Positions 9,836-20,346 of a stretch of DNA of 64,000 nucleotides are shown here, one piece after another. The notes under the pieces were generated by a model that made no database searches, had not been told where the DNA came from, and saw only the letters and a program-made list of their open reading frames with translations. Position numbers and translations under genes: made by a program. Source of the DNA: a virus; IMG/VR virus record IMGVR_UViG_3300033233_000004, positions 107,837 through 171,836 of that record; one strand, written 5' to 3'. Position 1 is the first letter of the stretch; each line of letters starts with the position of its first letter.

Positions 9836-10626
9836 ATATCAGTATAATAAGTTCCAGCCATAAGTTGTATCAGTAATTTATCTATAGCTTCTCTATCTGG
9901 CTGTGTAGGTAGAGTAGATGCTAACCAAGCTGATGTTAATTCTTTTTGTAAACCTTCTGCCATATCCTGAATAGCAGATAGTGAATATTTCCCACGCTTG
10001 ATCTCTGTAAGATAATCTGCATCTATATTGGTACGATCACAAATTATTTCACCAGTCCTTAAGAACTCAGTCCCTTGTCTCAATAACAAAATGAGACTAC
10101 TGGCATTCTTTGTATCATAGCCGAAGTTATCCACCATCTCTTTGCGCTTGGCACCCATATCACGTGTATGTCCACCATTCTTCATACGATGTAATTGACC
10201 AAGAGCATATTTTCCAAATGATTCATAAGCTAATTTGCTACTAAAGAGATGTCGATTAGATCGAAGTAATTGATATTGCCATTTACGAGTAATAATTTTG
10301 TTATCTGGTATCCAAAGTATTTCCATCAAATTTGGATTACATTTAAGCATTAGTCGAACTACTTTATCCATACTATAAACAATGACATCCCAATCACCAT
10401 CTTCCTCTGATGATTGATGTTCAAATTGTTCCCATTTATCAGGCGGCGCATTATTCAAACCTATGATATGTGTCAAAGGCGGTGTAACAAAACCAATAAG
10501 GTCATTATCGGAAAGACCTTGGATATAGGTACCATGAAGCATACTTCCTCTATACGCCAAGAAAACCGTGTTAGGAAGTAAATCAAACCGTGTTTCTCGA
10601 CCAAAGAGTTCAGGTATTTGTATCAT
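9808..10626 (-). CDS. Pol-beta superfamily nucleotidyltransferase (RlaP-like RNA repair family)
   Basis: RGSMLHG...SDNDLIG, CNPNLMEILW, GYDTKNA; likely start MIQIPE. Confidence 0.8.
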   Translation of the reverse strand: MIQIPELFGRETRFDLLPNTVFLAYRGSMLHGTYIQGLSDNDLIGFVTPPLTHIIGLNNAPPDKWEQFEHQSSEEDGDWDVIVYSMDKVVRLMLKCNPNLMEILWIPDNKIITRKWQYQLLRSNRHLFSSKLAYESFGKYALGQLHRMKNGGHTRDMGAKRKEMVDNFGYDTKNASSLILLLRQGTEFLRTGEIICDRTNIDADYLTEIKRGKYSLSAIQDMAEGLQKELTSAWLASTLPTQPDREAIDKLLIQLMAGTYYTDMCVNSITNQ

Positions 10627-11944
10627 ACTTAACCTTTTTTCTTTCCCAATAGCGTTTGATTGCCAATAGTTCACATTTCTTGGTAAATTGTGCACCCGTT
10701 TCACCTTCAGAGGCATTCACAAGTGGTAAAATCTCTGTTAGTGGGTCAAACTCGGTGAGAATACGATTTGCAATCATTGTTCTACCAGTCGCATCTGGTG
10801 AAATAAATTCAACCAATTTATCAATTCTACCCGGTCTTGTACTTTCACCTTGTTTATTCAATATACCTAAAGCCGAATCAATTCTCGAAATATCATTTGC
10901 TGTTATAAATGTTAAAACTCCATTCGATTGTTCAACACCAGAAATACAGTTGAGTAAACTATCAAGGGTCATAGCATTTTGGTTCATTTTATGTCCAACA
11001 TTGAAATTACCATCCTTGTCAAACAGACGGTCGATATCTTCAAATAAAGCAACACACGGAGCATGTTCAAGCATGTATTGCCAATTTTTTACTAAATCCT
11101 GATTATTCATTGAATTTAAATCAAAAGAAAAAATGGGTATATCCAATAATTGTGCAATGGCTCTAATGAAACTTGATTTACCAGTGCCAGCAGACCCATA
11201 TGCGCAAACTCCAAATCGCCAATCAAGTCCGTGGTCTAAATACCACTGTTCAGATTCTTTCCATTGTTGTAATAATACTTTCATCTCTTCTAATGAGTTA
11301 TTCAAAGCCAAATATTCAAATGGCTTTTTTGAAGTTGGTGCACCAAGGTCAGAAAGCGTATATTTTAACGGACGAATACCAGTTTCGAGTTCTGCGAATG
11401 ACTTTATATTACGTTCGTCGCCGGATGATGGAGCGGTAGTTTTATTACCTTGGTCATTTCTTAATTGGAGAATTGAACCAAACAACTTTTCAATTCTAAA
11501 TCTTGTTTTCCCGTTAGCATTTTGTTTACGATGATTATATTCATCTATAGCATTAATCAATAACTCTTCTGTATTAAACAAGCCGCGTACAAATGATATA
11601 GTAAGCATATTATTTGGGTCTCCATTATTATTAAATCCTTGAGAAACGAATAATGGTTTCCAACCTTTGAAAAATGTTAGTGCTTTACCTGAGCTTTCAA
11701 AAGGCACAGATTCATAACGATTACTTGGTTTAACAAATATATCTATGGCAATGTATCGTTTTTTTCCAATACGACTCGTTTTGAAATTACGCCATAGATA
11801 TCCCATTGTTGCTTCTGCTATTGTTCCATGTATCTCAAATGAAACAACAACATATGAAGTTAGCCGTTGAAGAAAACCACGTATTTGATTCCACATTGCG
11901 ATAATTGCAGCAATAGGGCCGAAGGTCATTAGATCAGCCATCAT
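10610..11944 (-). CDS. AAA+ ATPase with BCS1-like architecture
   Basis: GSAGTGKS Walker A, LFEDID Walker B, TAND, RPGRID. Confidence 0.85.
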   Translation of the reverse strand: MMADLMTFGPIAAIIAMWNQIRGFLQRLTSYVVVSFEIHGTIAEATMGYLWRNFKTSRIGKKRYIAIDIFVKPSNRYESVPFESSGKALTFFKGWKPLFVSQGFNNNGDPNNMLTISFVRGLFNTEELLINAIDEYNHRKQNANGKTRFRIEKLFGSILQLRNDQGNKTTAPSSGDERNIKSFAELETGIRPLKYTLSDLGAPTSKKPFEYLALNNSLEEMKVLLQQWKESEQWYLDHGLDWRFGVCAYGSAGTGKSSFIRAIAQLLDIPIFSFDLNSMNNQDLVKNWQYMLEHAPCVALFEDIDRLFDKDGNFNVGHKMNQNAMTLDSLLNCISGVEQSNGVLTFITANDISRIDSALGILNKQGESTRPGRIDKLVEFISPDATGRTMIANRILTEFDPLTEILPLVNASEGETGAQFTKKCELLAIKRYWERKKVKYDTNT

Positions 11945-11947
11945 GGT

Positions 11948-12211
11948 TTATATTTTCTCCTGCTGTTTCATTTGGTTGGTTAAATTTTTCAAAAATTCTA
12001 AGGGGTATTGTTCCATTGGATGTTCCTTTATATACTCTTCACATTGTACCCATATCCATCCTTTTCTTGGTCTATAGTGCCGAGTTGTGCCAGTATTTTT
12101 TGGGTCAACTTCCAACTTATAGACATAATAGTAATACTCATCTAAGATTTGTTGTAATTCAAATAACGCTTTTGATAGTTTGCTGGCAATATTTGATTTG
12201 AACTCATCCAT
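11948..12211 (-). CDS. Hypothetical protein
   Basis: 87 aa ORF in run. Confidence 0.5.
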   Translation of the reverse strand: MDEFKSNIASKLSKALFELQQILDEYYYYVYKLEVDPKNTGTTRHYRPRKGWIWVQCEEYIKEHPMEQYPLEFLKNLTNQMKQQEKI

Positions 12212-12289
12212 TACATAAGCTTACAAGTAATGAAACAAAGACACCAACTACAAGAAATAATGCAACAACCAATATGAGATGTTTGTATT

Positions 12290-12790
12290 TCATCTGCCAT
12301 GACACTTTTTGAATTTCTTATTTGAGCCGCAATAACATTTTTCATTACGACCGATCTTTCGATTGATATCGGTAATTAAAATTCCATCAAGATGATTTGT
12401 CTCATGTTGATATACTCTGGAATCATCCCCTGTCAGAACACAATGTCCCATAACATCATCACTAACTTCAATTTGAGAATATCGTTCTACCCAACAATAC
12501 ACATCAGGTAAAGACAAACAACCTTCTTCTGATGTAATCATCGGACGGTCAAAACGAATAATAGTCGGATTAGCAACTCGATTCAAGACTTTCTTGGCAT
12601 CTTCCAATTTGCCAGAAGCTCCCCAATATACAAAAGCTCTTTTCTTGATGCCTATTTGTGGAGCACTCAACCCAATTGCATTTTTATGTTTCTTGATTTC
12701 TTCTTCCAATTGAGCAAATATAGATTCATATTCTTCTGGATAAATCGGGTCGGACGGCTTATGTAGTTCGACGAGATCAGTTACTATCAT
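12290..12790 (-). CDS. def: Peptide deformylase with C-terminal SEC-C zinc motif
   Basis: GLSAPQIG, EGCLS, QHETNHLDG; tail GRNEKCYCGSNKKFKKCHG. Confidence 0.92.
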   Translation of the reverse strand: MIVTDLVELHKPSDPIYPEEYESIFAQLEEEIKKHKNAIGLSAPQIGIKKRAFVYWGASGKLEDAKKVLNRVANPTIIRFDRPMITSEEGCLSLPDVYCWVERYSQIEVSDDVMGHCVLTGDDSRVYQHETNHLDGILITDINRKIGRNEKCYCGSNKKFKKCHGR

Positions 12791-12801
12791 GATTACCCTT
12801 T

Positions 12802-13494
12802 CTATTTACGTGCATAACGACTCCAAATTTCATAATCCAATTGTGCGGGACTCATCTTGAGATTATCCGCACAACGTAAGAACATCTCTTCCCAATATAG
12901 ATACTTCTTACCTGTTGGCGTTGAAGTTGGTACATCTTCTTTATTATATACCTCTTTGAGAAATTTCAAGATGTGTGTGTCAAGTACTGCCAATCGTTGA
13001 TTAGGTCTGGTGTGGAGAATAAAAAATCGAGCCGTCTTAGCTCCAATGCCATGAATCTTTTCCAAATCTTCAACCGAACACATCCGTAAATTGATACCAG
13101 ATCGAACCAATTCTGCATATGATCGTGTAAGTACATCATATCTTCCAAGACTGGCCGTCTTAAGATTTCTTCTCAGTGTACGTTTTGCCAGCATACGTCG
13201 AACTCTTAAGAAAGGAGATGTCCCTTTTTCCAAAGCAAGAAACTTGTCTATTGCAAGCACAATTGTTTTTGCTGTCTTACCAGCTACTGCTACAGCAAAC
13301 AAAATGAACTTCTCAAGTTGTGCATCAGACATCTTCTTATGAGGGTCTGGACTTGCTAAATTGAACTCTATATTTACTTTGTGTTTTTGTGGCACTTTTT
13401 CTTTCTTTAGTCTGTTTATTTCACCATTTTCTTTGGAACGTTGTTTCCAGTTTTGTTGTCGAAGAAAGTATAAGTATGAATGTCCACCATCCAA
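12802..13494 (-). CDS. HhH-family DNA glycosylase-like protein (8-oxoG glycosylase-like); start uncertain
   Basis: IHGIGAKTARFF HhH motif, AVLDTHIL, LDYEIW. Confidence 0.7.
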   Translation of the reverse strand: MDGGHSYLYFLRQQNWKQRSKENGEINRLKKEKVPQKHKVNIEFNLASPDPHKKMSDAQLEKFILFAVAVAGKTAKTIVLAIDKFLALEKGTSPFLRVRRMLAKRTLRRNLKTASLGRYDVLTRSYAELVRSGINLRMCSVEDLEKIHGIGAKTARFFILHTRPNQRLAVLDTHILKFLKEVYNKEDVPTSTPTGKKYLYWEEMFLRCADNLKMSPAQLDYEIWSRYARK

Positions 13495-13571
13495 CCATAC
13501 CAGTTATACAAAGATATATTCCAAGACCAATTGTGATTATTGAAAACCAATTTATTATAAGTTTCATATCA

Positions 13572-14267
13572 TTACTCCTCAGTTGTTGGTTTTAACCATA
13601 GTTGTGGATAAAGCTTAAAAAGGGTATATGTTAACCGCCCAAACTTATTCAAAGCAAGGAGAGTCTTATATGAATTTGCTTTGAAGCATTTGGTCAACTC
13701 ATCACGTACTCGATCTACGGAGACAGTATTCAACTTGTTAATAAGCTTATCATTATAGAGACATACTTCCGTCTCATTCACAATCTGAAAGTCTTTCGTA
13801 ATAGAGAAGCGAATAGCTCTCAACATACGGAGCGGGTCTTCATTGAAGCGGTCAAATGAATTACCAACGCATCGAATAAGACCGACAGTGATAGCTGTAC
13901 GTCCATTATGAGGATCAATATACTCTCCTGTCTCGACATCTTGAGCAATGGCGTTCATGGTGAAATCTCGTCTGGCTAAGTCATCGTAGATGGTACCCAC
14001 TGTAACATTATCTGGTCGTCTGCCATCTGAATAGAAACCATCCCTGCGACATAATACAAAATCAGCATCACCCAACTTTGGCATCTTAGCCCGAATGGTC
14101 AGATACTGTTCCCGTTCCTGCCATATGGTACCACCATTGGCGAGAATGTAGTCACGCATAGCTTCATAGCTTGGAGCTTCAACAGCGTAGTCCAAATCTT
14201 TACCAATAGATAAACCAAGCAACTGGTCTCGAAGGGTTCCACCAACAAGATAAATTTTGATACTCAT
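13572..14267 (-). CDS. cca: tRNA nucleotidyltransferase (CCA-adding/poly(A) polymerase class II, short)
   Basis: VGGTLRD, DLD, RRDFTMNA, EDPLRMLRAIRF. Confidence 0.88.
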   Translation of the reverse strand: MSIKIYLVGGTLRDQLLGLSIGKDLDYAVEAPSYEAMRDYILANGGTIWQEREQYLTIRAKMPKLGDADFVLCRRDGFYSDGRRPDNVTVGTIYDDLARRDFTMNAIAQDVETGEYIDPHNGRTAITVGLIRCVGNSFDRFNEDPLRMLRAIRFSITKDFQIVNETEVCLYNDKLINKLNTVSVDRVRDELTKCFKANSYKTLLALNKFGRLTYTLFKLYPQLWLKPTTEE

Positions 14268-14285
14268 GAAGTTCCTTTATGACAC

Positions 14286-14315
14286 AATATAACACATGAA
14301 AGTGTCAATGTCAAG
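14286..14315 (-). promoter_or_regulatory. Sigma70-type promoter (one of about 10 similar sites)
   Basis: TTGACA-17nt-TATATT. Confidence 0.7.
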
Positions 14316-14385
14316 TAAAATTAAAAAAAAACTCAACATCTACAATTTCTTGTAAACATTGAGTTTAACAATGTTAATAGTTACT

Positions 14386-15048
14386 TTATCTGATTTTTGC
14401 ACTATCTATATTATTTGCAATTTGTATTTTGGTTAATAATGTTTCAAAAGCCGATACTTGAGCGGCTACACCATATACGATTTGATTATCTATACCAACA
14501 GACTTTTCTATTATACCTATCAATTCGCCGTCAGTATTGAAAACTCCACTACCAGAGGCTCCCGGTAATATCGCTTGATTAATTGAGAAATGATTAGTAT
14601 AGATACGATTGATATAACCAGTATTATGATAAAGGTGCAAGTGTGGTACATTTAATGAGTCATAAAATGTTAAAGGTTGTATCCAATAAATAATTTCACC
14701 TAAGTAAACATGTTGATTAACAACAATAGGAGATTTACTTTTACAATATGTACCCTTTAGTAAAGCTTGGTCTTCAACACTATCAACTACAGATACAACA
14801 CTATCAATTAATTCATCATTAATTATAGCCCAATGACTACAATTAATTACGACATGTTGTGCTGTGATAACATATTTGTTTCCTATTTGTACGCCAGACC
14901 CAAAGCCGTCATCTGTCCATACAATAACATAACGTGATATCATCTCACGAGTATCAATTCCGTTTCTATAAAAACAAGAAGAAAGAAACGGAATTATGAC
15001 AATGAATAGAAATGCTTTCACAAAAAAACGCATGGATTTTTCCTTCAA
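14386..15048 (-). CDS. Trypsin-like serine protease, possible lipoprotein
   Basis: GSG, ITAQHV, DQALL, PGASGSG; hydrophobic N-terminus with LSSC. Confidence 0.85.
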   Translation of the reverse strand: MKEKSMRFFVKAFLFIVIIPFLSSCFYRNGIDTREMISRYVIVWTDDGFGSGVQIGNKYVITAQHVVINCSHWAIINDELIDSVVSVVDSVEDQALLKGTYCKSKSPIVVNQHVYLGEIIYWIQPLTFYDSLNVPHLHLYHNTGYINRIYTNHFSINQAILPGASGSGVFNTDGELIGIIEKSVGIDNQIVYGVAAQVSAFETLLTKIQIANNIDSAKIR

Positions 15049-15497
15049 TATATGAAAATGAATTTTAACCGATGATACAAACCAGTTGCACCAAGTGGTG
15101 GTATAAAGACTTTTGTCTTAGCCATGTGTTGTAATGTTTCATTAGGAAGAATCACAGATTTTATAGAAACAAATTGTGGGTCTTGAATATTAATAAATGT
15201 ATCTACATGACCAATTTGTCCAGTACTCACAAGGTCTGGTCTGTCATTATCATATGCTTGAAGCGTGAAATATACTTCCAAATAAGGTACAACCCGTAGA
15301 GGTATAGTTCCTGTATTTGTAATATCACCGCCCGTAAATACGAAATAACTTAATCCTGTATCGGTTCTAATATAGAAGCCATAATTAAATTCGTATTGAG
15401 GATATACTGAAGTGACGATATCTCCTTTACAACTAAAGAGAGATGTGCAGAGTATAAGTAAGAAGAAAAAAGAAAAGTATTTGAAAGAAGGATTCAT
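15045..15497 (-). CDS. Putative lipoprotein
   Basis: Hydrophobic N-terminus ending LFSC. Confidence 0.55.
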   Translation of the reverse strand: MNPSFKYFSFFFLLILCTSLFSCKGDIVTSVYPQYEFNYGFYIRTDTGLSYFVFTGGDITNTGTIPLRVVPYLEVYFTLQAYDNDRPDLVSTGQIGHVDTFINIQDPQFVSIKSVILPNETLQHMAKTKVFIPPLGATGLYHRLKFIFIY

Positions 15498-15499
15498 AG

Positions 15500-15585
15500 T
15501 ACCCTCAGTAGGATTCGAACCTACACGCTACTATTACTTCGCACTGGCTTCTAAGGCCAGCATGTCTGCATTTCATCATGAGGGC
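15500..15585 (-). tRNA. tRNA-Leu(UAG)
   Basis: Cloverleaf, loop CT-TAG-AA, long variable arm. Confidence 0.85.
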
Positions 15586-15775
15586 AGTAATAAGTACTAT
15601 GGTGACATTGCATTTGCAGCGAAGGACTTACTCTTAAAGTTACTGGCGGAAAAAGCACAAGAAGCAGGCGAAAGTATACCTTCTTGTGTAAGACCAGCAA
15701 GTAAACGAGCGGACAATGAACGAACTATACTTGAAGAGCTATCATTTGCTACGCCAGTACACATTACAACTATTG

Positions 15776-15848
15776 TCAAGGTGTTGGGAATCGAACCCAA
15801 ATTATTCCAATTTCCGATACTGGTACCATACCATTAGGCGACACCCTG
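15776..15848 (-). tRNA. tRNA-Pro(CGG)
   Basis: Cloverleaf, loop AT-CGG-AA. Confidence 0.75.
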
Positions 15849-15920
15849 AAATTTTTGAGGAGTCACGGTCGCACACGCTTCGTGCATCCAAGTTAACCGT
15901 TTGTGAGTTGACTCCTCATT

Positions 15921-16415
15921 TTATAACTCTCTTCGTACTATTTTATCCGCCGCATAAGATGCAGCATATGCTTCTGGCTTAGGCGTACATGGAAAACCAC
16001 AACCTCGAACCCATCCTATTGCCCAATCATACATTTCATTGCTTTTGAATTCTTTCTCTTTGTTGAAGTCTAAATGCATGTCATACTCCACAATATTTGG
16101 TAATTCAAATGTACCAGTATCTCTGAAATAAGTAGCCATCTCAATGATAATTTCAACTTCACGACTCAATCGTTTGAAATCATCTCGATGATATTCTCTT
16201 GTCATAGTCCCAACAATGTGTGCACCTTTACCATAACGGTAAAGTACAATAGCGATACCAAATTCTGCCCATCCCGCATCTTTTGGAAGAGAATCACATC
16301 CTACCCAAAGAGAAAATGGTTCCTGTCGATACTCAGCAACATATGCTTTAATATATTGTGCCAAGTCAGTAATATGAACACGAGAGAGACCAGTTGTTCT
16401 AAACTTGAAATCCAT
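15921..16415 (-). CDS. YkuK/DUF458 RNase H-like protein
   Basis: WVGCDS, RYGKGA, HLDFN, KPEAYAASYAAD. Confidence 0.85.
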   Translation of the reverse strand: MDFKFRTTGLSRVHITDLAQYIKAYVAEYRQEPFSLWVGCDSLPKDAGWAEFGIAIVLYRYGKGAHIVGTMTREYHRDDFKRLSREVEIIIEMATYFRDTGTFELPNIVEYDMHLDFNKEKEFKSNEMYDWAIGWVRGCGFPCTPKPEAYAASYAADKIVRREL

Positions 16416-16455
16416 GTCTATGGTTTCCTTTCTTTGTCAGCGTAACTTATTATTG

Positions 16456-16526
16456 CTGCCCCACAGAGATTCGAACTCCGATAAACACCTTCAAAGGGTG
16501 CCGTCCTTCCGTTGAACGATGAGGCA
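16456..16526 (-). tRNA. tRNA-Gln(UUG)
   Basis: Cloverleaf, loop CT-TTG-AA. Confidence 0.85.
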
Positions 16527-16532
16527 ATTATT

Positions 16533-17039
16533 TTACATAAAAATAAATGCTATAACGAATGACACAATCAAACCAATTGCTGCTTGAATCAACAAGATTC
16601 TTCCAAAAATAGGTGTCACTCTTGTTATCTTTGGTGAAATCTTCTTAAATATGAAATTGTATGCCTGTAAAAATAATCCAACCAATGTCCACGATGCCCA
16701 TACAACTTCGTTTCCCAATACTTCCAACATAAATGCAAATTTATGATTGTACCAATTGAATATGTAGCAGAACAGATAGTAAAGCAAATCTGCCAACCAT
16801 ACATCCCACATGAAAAGAAACAAAATTGCAGGAACCCAACTAAACTGCCACCAAAGTACTGTTGTAAGAAGTATCTGAAAAATGGTTTGATAGATTCGAT
16901 ATTCATTAACTTCCCATTTAAAAAATGTAACCATAATATTATTTCGCCCAAGTTTGTTATACCCTATATAATCAAATAAGGCAAACACAAACAATGCTGC
17001 AAAAGCTATTAACCATATAATAATCCATGAAAACATCAT
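16533..17039 (-). CDS. Multi-pass membrane protein
   Basis: Hydrophobic segments; start trimmed to MMFSW because the upstream part is tRNA-Lys. Confidence 0.65.
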   Translation of the reverse strand: MMFSWIIIWLIAFAALFVFALFDYIGYNKLGRNNIMVTFFKWEVNEYRIYQTIFQILLTTVLWWQFSWVPAILFLFMWDVWLADLLYYLFCYIFNWYNHKFAFMLEVLGNEVVWASWTLVGLFLQAYNFIFKKISPKITRVTPIFGRILLIQAAIGLIVSFVIAFIFM

Positions 17040-17053
17040 AGTACCTTCCTTTT

Positions 17054-17129
17054 TGGTGCATCCAGTAGGAGTCGAACCTACAACCTTTCGATTAAGAATC
17101 GAAAGCTCTACCAATTGAGCTATGGATAC
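17054..17129 (-). tRNA. tRNA-Lys(CUU), CCA encoded
   Basis: Cloverleaf, loop TT-CTT-AA. Confidence 0.92.
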
Positions 17130-17156
17130 GTATTTTTAAATTCGAACTGTATTTTG

Positions 17157-17228
17157 TGCCGCCACTCAGAATCGAACTGAGGCCTCGCTGCTTAAAAGGC
17201 AGGTGAGCTACCATTACCCCATGGGGGC
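17157..17228 (-). tRNA. tRNA-Lys(UUU)
   Basis: Loop CT-TTT-AA; one acceptor mismatch. Confidence 0.75.
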
Positions 17229-17270
17229 GATTTTATTTCATCCCATAAGGCGTTTCATCAATTGGTGAAA

Positions 17271-17753
17271 CTACTCATTAGGTGAAACTTCAAACGGAGA
17301 CTCCTGTTTAAGAGCCTCAGTCTGTTTAGAACGTAATTCATCAAGTTCCTGTTTGGATTCTATAACTTCTTGTTTCATTGCTTCTACAAGAGTATCCACA
17401 AGTGTAGGAGTTAATGCAACAGACTGACCAGATACTTCCGTATTTCGTTCTTGTTCATCCTTAACAAACTTATAACACGAAGACAGATTTTTCTTGATTA
17501 ACTTGGCATTATTCAAATCAGCACGAATATAACTTTCTATCTTTCCATTGAATAAATATTGTGCTTTAGCACCGTCCATTCCATTCCATATATATCGAAC
17601 AGAACCATCATTGAAAAATAATGCTAATTCAAATGCAACAGTACCTTCTGGAAGATTCAGAGCTTTAATATCTTCATTGATATCCGGTCTATTAACCAAA
17701 CCCATTTCTGCATTAATTTCTTCTGCTGATTTTGTTACTGTATTTTCTTCCAT
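17271..17753 (-). CDS. Hypothetical protein
   Basis: 160 aa, GAGG RBS. Confidence 0.65.
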   Translation of the reverse strand: MEENTVTKSAEEINAEMGLVNRPDINEDIKALNLPEGTVAFELALFFNDGSVRYIWNGMDGAKAQYLFNGKIESYIRADLNNAKLIKKNLSSCYKFVKDEQERNTEVSGQSVALTPTLVDTLVEAMKQEVIESKQELDELRSKQTEALKQESPFEVSPNE

Positions 17754-17849
17754 GATATCCTCTTTGTGTCTGGATATGTCTTGATACTTATGAATTGATT
17801 AAATACTGTCTATTTTCTGGACATTTATCTGGACATAATGTCCAAATTG

Positions 17850-17932
17850 CAGATAGTACGAGACTTGAACTCGTAATCCCAATTAAGGACACCAATATTC
17901 CAAATTGGCTCTTTTCCATTCAGTTACTCTTT
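17850..17932 (-). pseudogene. Degenerate tRNA-Ser(GGA) overlapped by the 3' end of the HNH gene
   Basis: Anticodon, variable and T arms present; acceptor 5' strand poorly paired. Confidence 0.5.
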
Positions 17933-18385
17933 ATTTACATTAGTTGTTGCTCCCCATCCACGAGCTTGTCTATATGCAGTTGTGTCTTGTTCTGGATGAA
18001 GGCTACGAAAATTTCTTTTGTTTATTATTTTACAAAGTTTACATATTCTGCTGTTTCTGTTTGGTGGTATATAAGTATTGTCTTTATCATATGCATGTCC
18101 TTTTGGACAATGTGTTTTATTGGTTCGAGGTTCTCCAACATTACACGCTAAATGACTGAAAGCTATATTACTTAAATCCCAAAATAATTTGGGGTCATTA
18201 TTTAACCATGCAGTCTTATGCTCAATCGACAAGTCTTCTACAAATTCTATACAGCGATTACATCTATAACAAATATTCTCGTTATGAAGAATAAGCAAAT
18301 GAAAGATAATCATTTTACGTAAACGTCCATTTGCCGTTCCAAATGGCATACCTAACTGTGCAGTTTTAATTGCATTAGAGTTCAT
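17924..18385 (-). CDS. Free-standing HNH endonuclease
   Basis: CYRC...SIEH...NIAFSHLACN; second Zn module HCPKGH...CKLC. Confidence 0.8.
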   Translation of the reverse strand: MNSNAIKTAQLGMPFGTANGRLRKMIIFHLLILHNENICYRCNRCIEFVEDLSIEHKTAWLNNDPKLFWDLSNIAFSHLACNVGEPRTNKTHCPKGHAYDKDNTYIPPNRNSRICKLCKIINKRNFRSLHPEQDTTAYRQARGWGATTNVNKE

Positions 18386-18417
18386 TTTAAGTCCTTTGAC
18401 ATTATGAACAAATAGAG

Positions 18418-18506
18418 CGGAGAGGTAGGGACTCGAACCCTATTGGGAGCTTTCGCCCCCCACGGTTTAGCAGACCGTTGCGACGCACCATCTTCGCCGC
18501 CTCTCC
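18418..18506 (-). tRNA. tRNA-Ser(GCU)
   Basis: Loop CT-GCT-AA, long variable arm. Confidence 0.88.
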
Positions 18507-18559
18507 ATGCAAGTTTTCAAATAATGTCAATACTTAGGAGACCTTGCAACCCATACGAA

Positions 18560-18868
18560 CTAATTCAACATTTCCATCCGTTTCACAGATAATAACATTC
18601 TTACAGTAAATACATTGGCTTCATCTTCCATATCATGACATTCACAAACAGGAAAGAAGACCAATCTTGAAGTACCATCACCACGAGACCCAAATCCAAG
18701 AGCAGCCTCATCACCATCTGGAAGAATTACACCCCAATTATTAGTCGATGCTGTACAAATCCAGCAAGATGCATAACTGTTCTTTAATGAAGCAATCTTA
18801 TTTTTGATAGCTTTGCTGAATTCTTCTATAGTTGGTATATTCATACAGTTTTCGCCAATCCTGTTCAT
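18560..18868 (-). CDS. Hypothetical protein with Cys pairs
   Basis: CWIC and CECH. Confidence 0.5.
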   Translation of the reverse strand: MNRIGENCMNIPTIEEFSKAIKNKIASLKNSYASCWICTASTNNWGVILPDGDEAALGFGSRGDGTSRLVFFPVCECHDMEDEANVFTVRMLLSVKRMEMLN

Positions 18869-19360
18869 TATTTATCTCTGTTCACAAAAAATGAACATAT
18901 CAAAAAATGAACACAATGAGCTTACGCCAACTTCTGCTTTAGGTCATGATTTCTCTTGCGGCCTGTACCCGCCTTCATCGGTAAAGAATGCGTCTACCTC
19001 TGGCTGTTTCAGTTGCACACATACTGGTGGTACTATCGAACTGACCGTAGCTTTCAGGGCTACGACCAGTTCTCCCGCTCATTCTTAGTGTGGTCGGACG
19101 TTTCTCTCATCCCTATTCCTACAGGGATAGAGCCATGACTTCTCTGTTGTGTTTCATTTCATACTTCTCGTTCAAACAATACAAACACATTTGTTGCGTT
19201 GCATAACCGTTATCCAATTCATATCTCTTTGTTTCAACATATGCATGATGTTTGAATATATGACACAGTATTGCTCTACCGAGAGGTTTCAACGAACCTA
19301 CATATATCACTATCCTCGGAAAAAGATACGGAATTCGTATGACAATTGGATTTTTCATTG

Positions 19361-19433
19361 TGTAGGTGAAGAGATTCGAACTCTCACGCCAGCGTTGGCA
19401 ACGCCGTATGCTAACCATTAACATCACACCTAC
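19361..19433 (-). tRNA. tRNA-Gly(GCC)
   Basis: Loop TT-GCC-AA. Confidence 0.88.
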
Positions 19434-19518
19434 AAAAACTTAGCTGTCTCATATTGCTCTATCGTGCGACATTCAACCCATACGAATCTTAATAGGCACT
19501 CCTATCCGAATGGGTTTG

Positions 19519-19593
19519 TAGCCTCAGAAGGAGTTGAACCCTCAAATCTCTGCGTTCGAAGCGCAGCATGTTATCCAGTTACACCATGAGGCC
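19519..19593 (-). tRNA. tRNA-Arg(UCG)
   Basis: Loop CT-TCG-AA. Confidence 0.88.
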
Positions 19594-19803
19594 AAAATGA
19601 ATCTTTTACAGTTCGACCAACATCAAGGTCAAAGTCGAGTTCAAAATAGAAGCAACTTACGTTACCTTGTATTTAACAAGTTCCACCGACAGAAAGCGTT
19701 TGGTAGTAAGTAAGGGAGACTATTATCGACTGGCGGTGCCATAACCGTTAGTCCAGTTGATGCTTTCGTCTTCTTCTTTATGGCAAGTACTCCTATTTTT
19801 TTG

Positions 19804-19874
19804 AGCGGGTAGTGGTAGTTGAAACCACGTCCGATGGTTGGAAGCCACCTATAATACCGTTATACGATACCCGC
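19804..19874 (-). tRNA. tRNA-Gly(UCC)
   Basis: Loop CT-TCC-AA. Confidence 0.85.
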
Positions 19875-19875
19875 A

Positions 19876-20130
19876 TTATTCTTTATCCCAAAAATTCACA
19901 TTAGAAAAATCGTGTGGTAAACCTAATGAATCTTCTAATTTATTCAATTGATAATTTTGATAATCTAATTGCTGTTGTTGAAGCTTGTATAGAGACTCAT
20001 ATTGCATACGTTGAGCTTTTGCTGTTACATATGTTCCATGTTCTTTAACAAGAGAGTTTAATTCAATACAGAACCAAAGAAGTGCAGTAACTAATAAAAG
20101 AGTCATTACTACTTTTATAACATTCATCAT
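19876..20130 (-). CDS. Small membrane-anchored coiled-coil protein
   Basis: N-terminal TM segment, Gln-rich. Confidence 0.55.
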   Translation of the reverse strand: MMNVIKVVMTLLLVTALLWFCIELNSLVKEHGTYVTAKAQRMQYESLYKLQQQQLDYQNYQLNKLEDSLGLPHDFSNVNFWDKE

Positions 20131-20189
20131 GCAACCTTATTTGATTGTTTTCTCTGAAAATCAACCATTAAAGGTTGATTATAACTTTG

Positions 20190-20263
20190 TACCCATGGCG
20201 AGACTCGAACTCGCATCGACGTAGGGTTTAAGCCTACCGAATATGCCATTCTTCTACATGGGC
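20190..20263 (-). tRNA. tRNA-Leu(UAA), short variable arm
   Basis: Loop CT-TAA-AC; directly after TTGACT-17-TACATT promoter. Confidence 0.8.
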
Positions 20264-20346
20264 ATAATGTACACAAACGAAAATCAAAAGTCAAGAGAAA
20301 TCTAAATAAAAATAGAGTTGCTGGCAGGATTCGATACCTGCCATTG

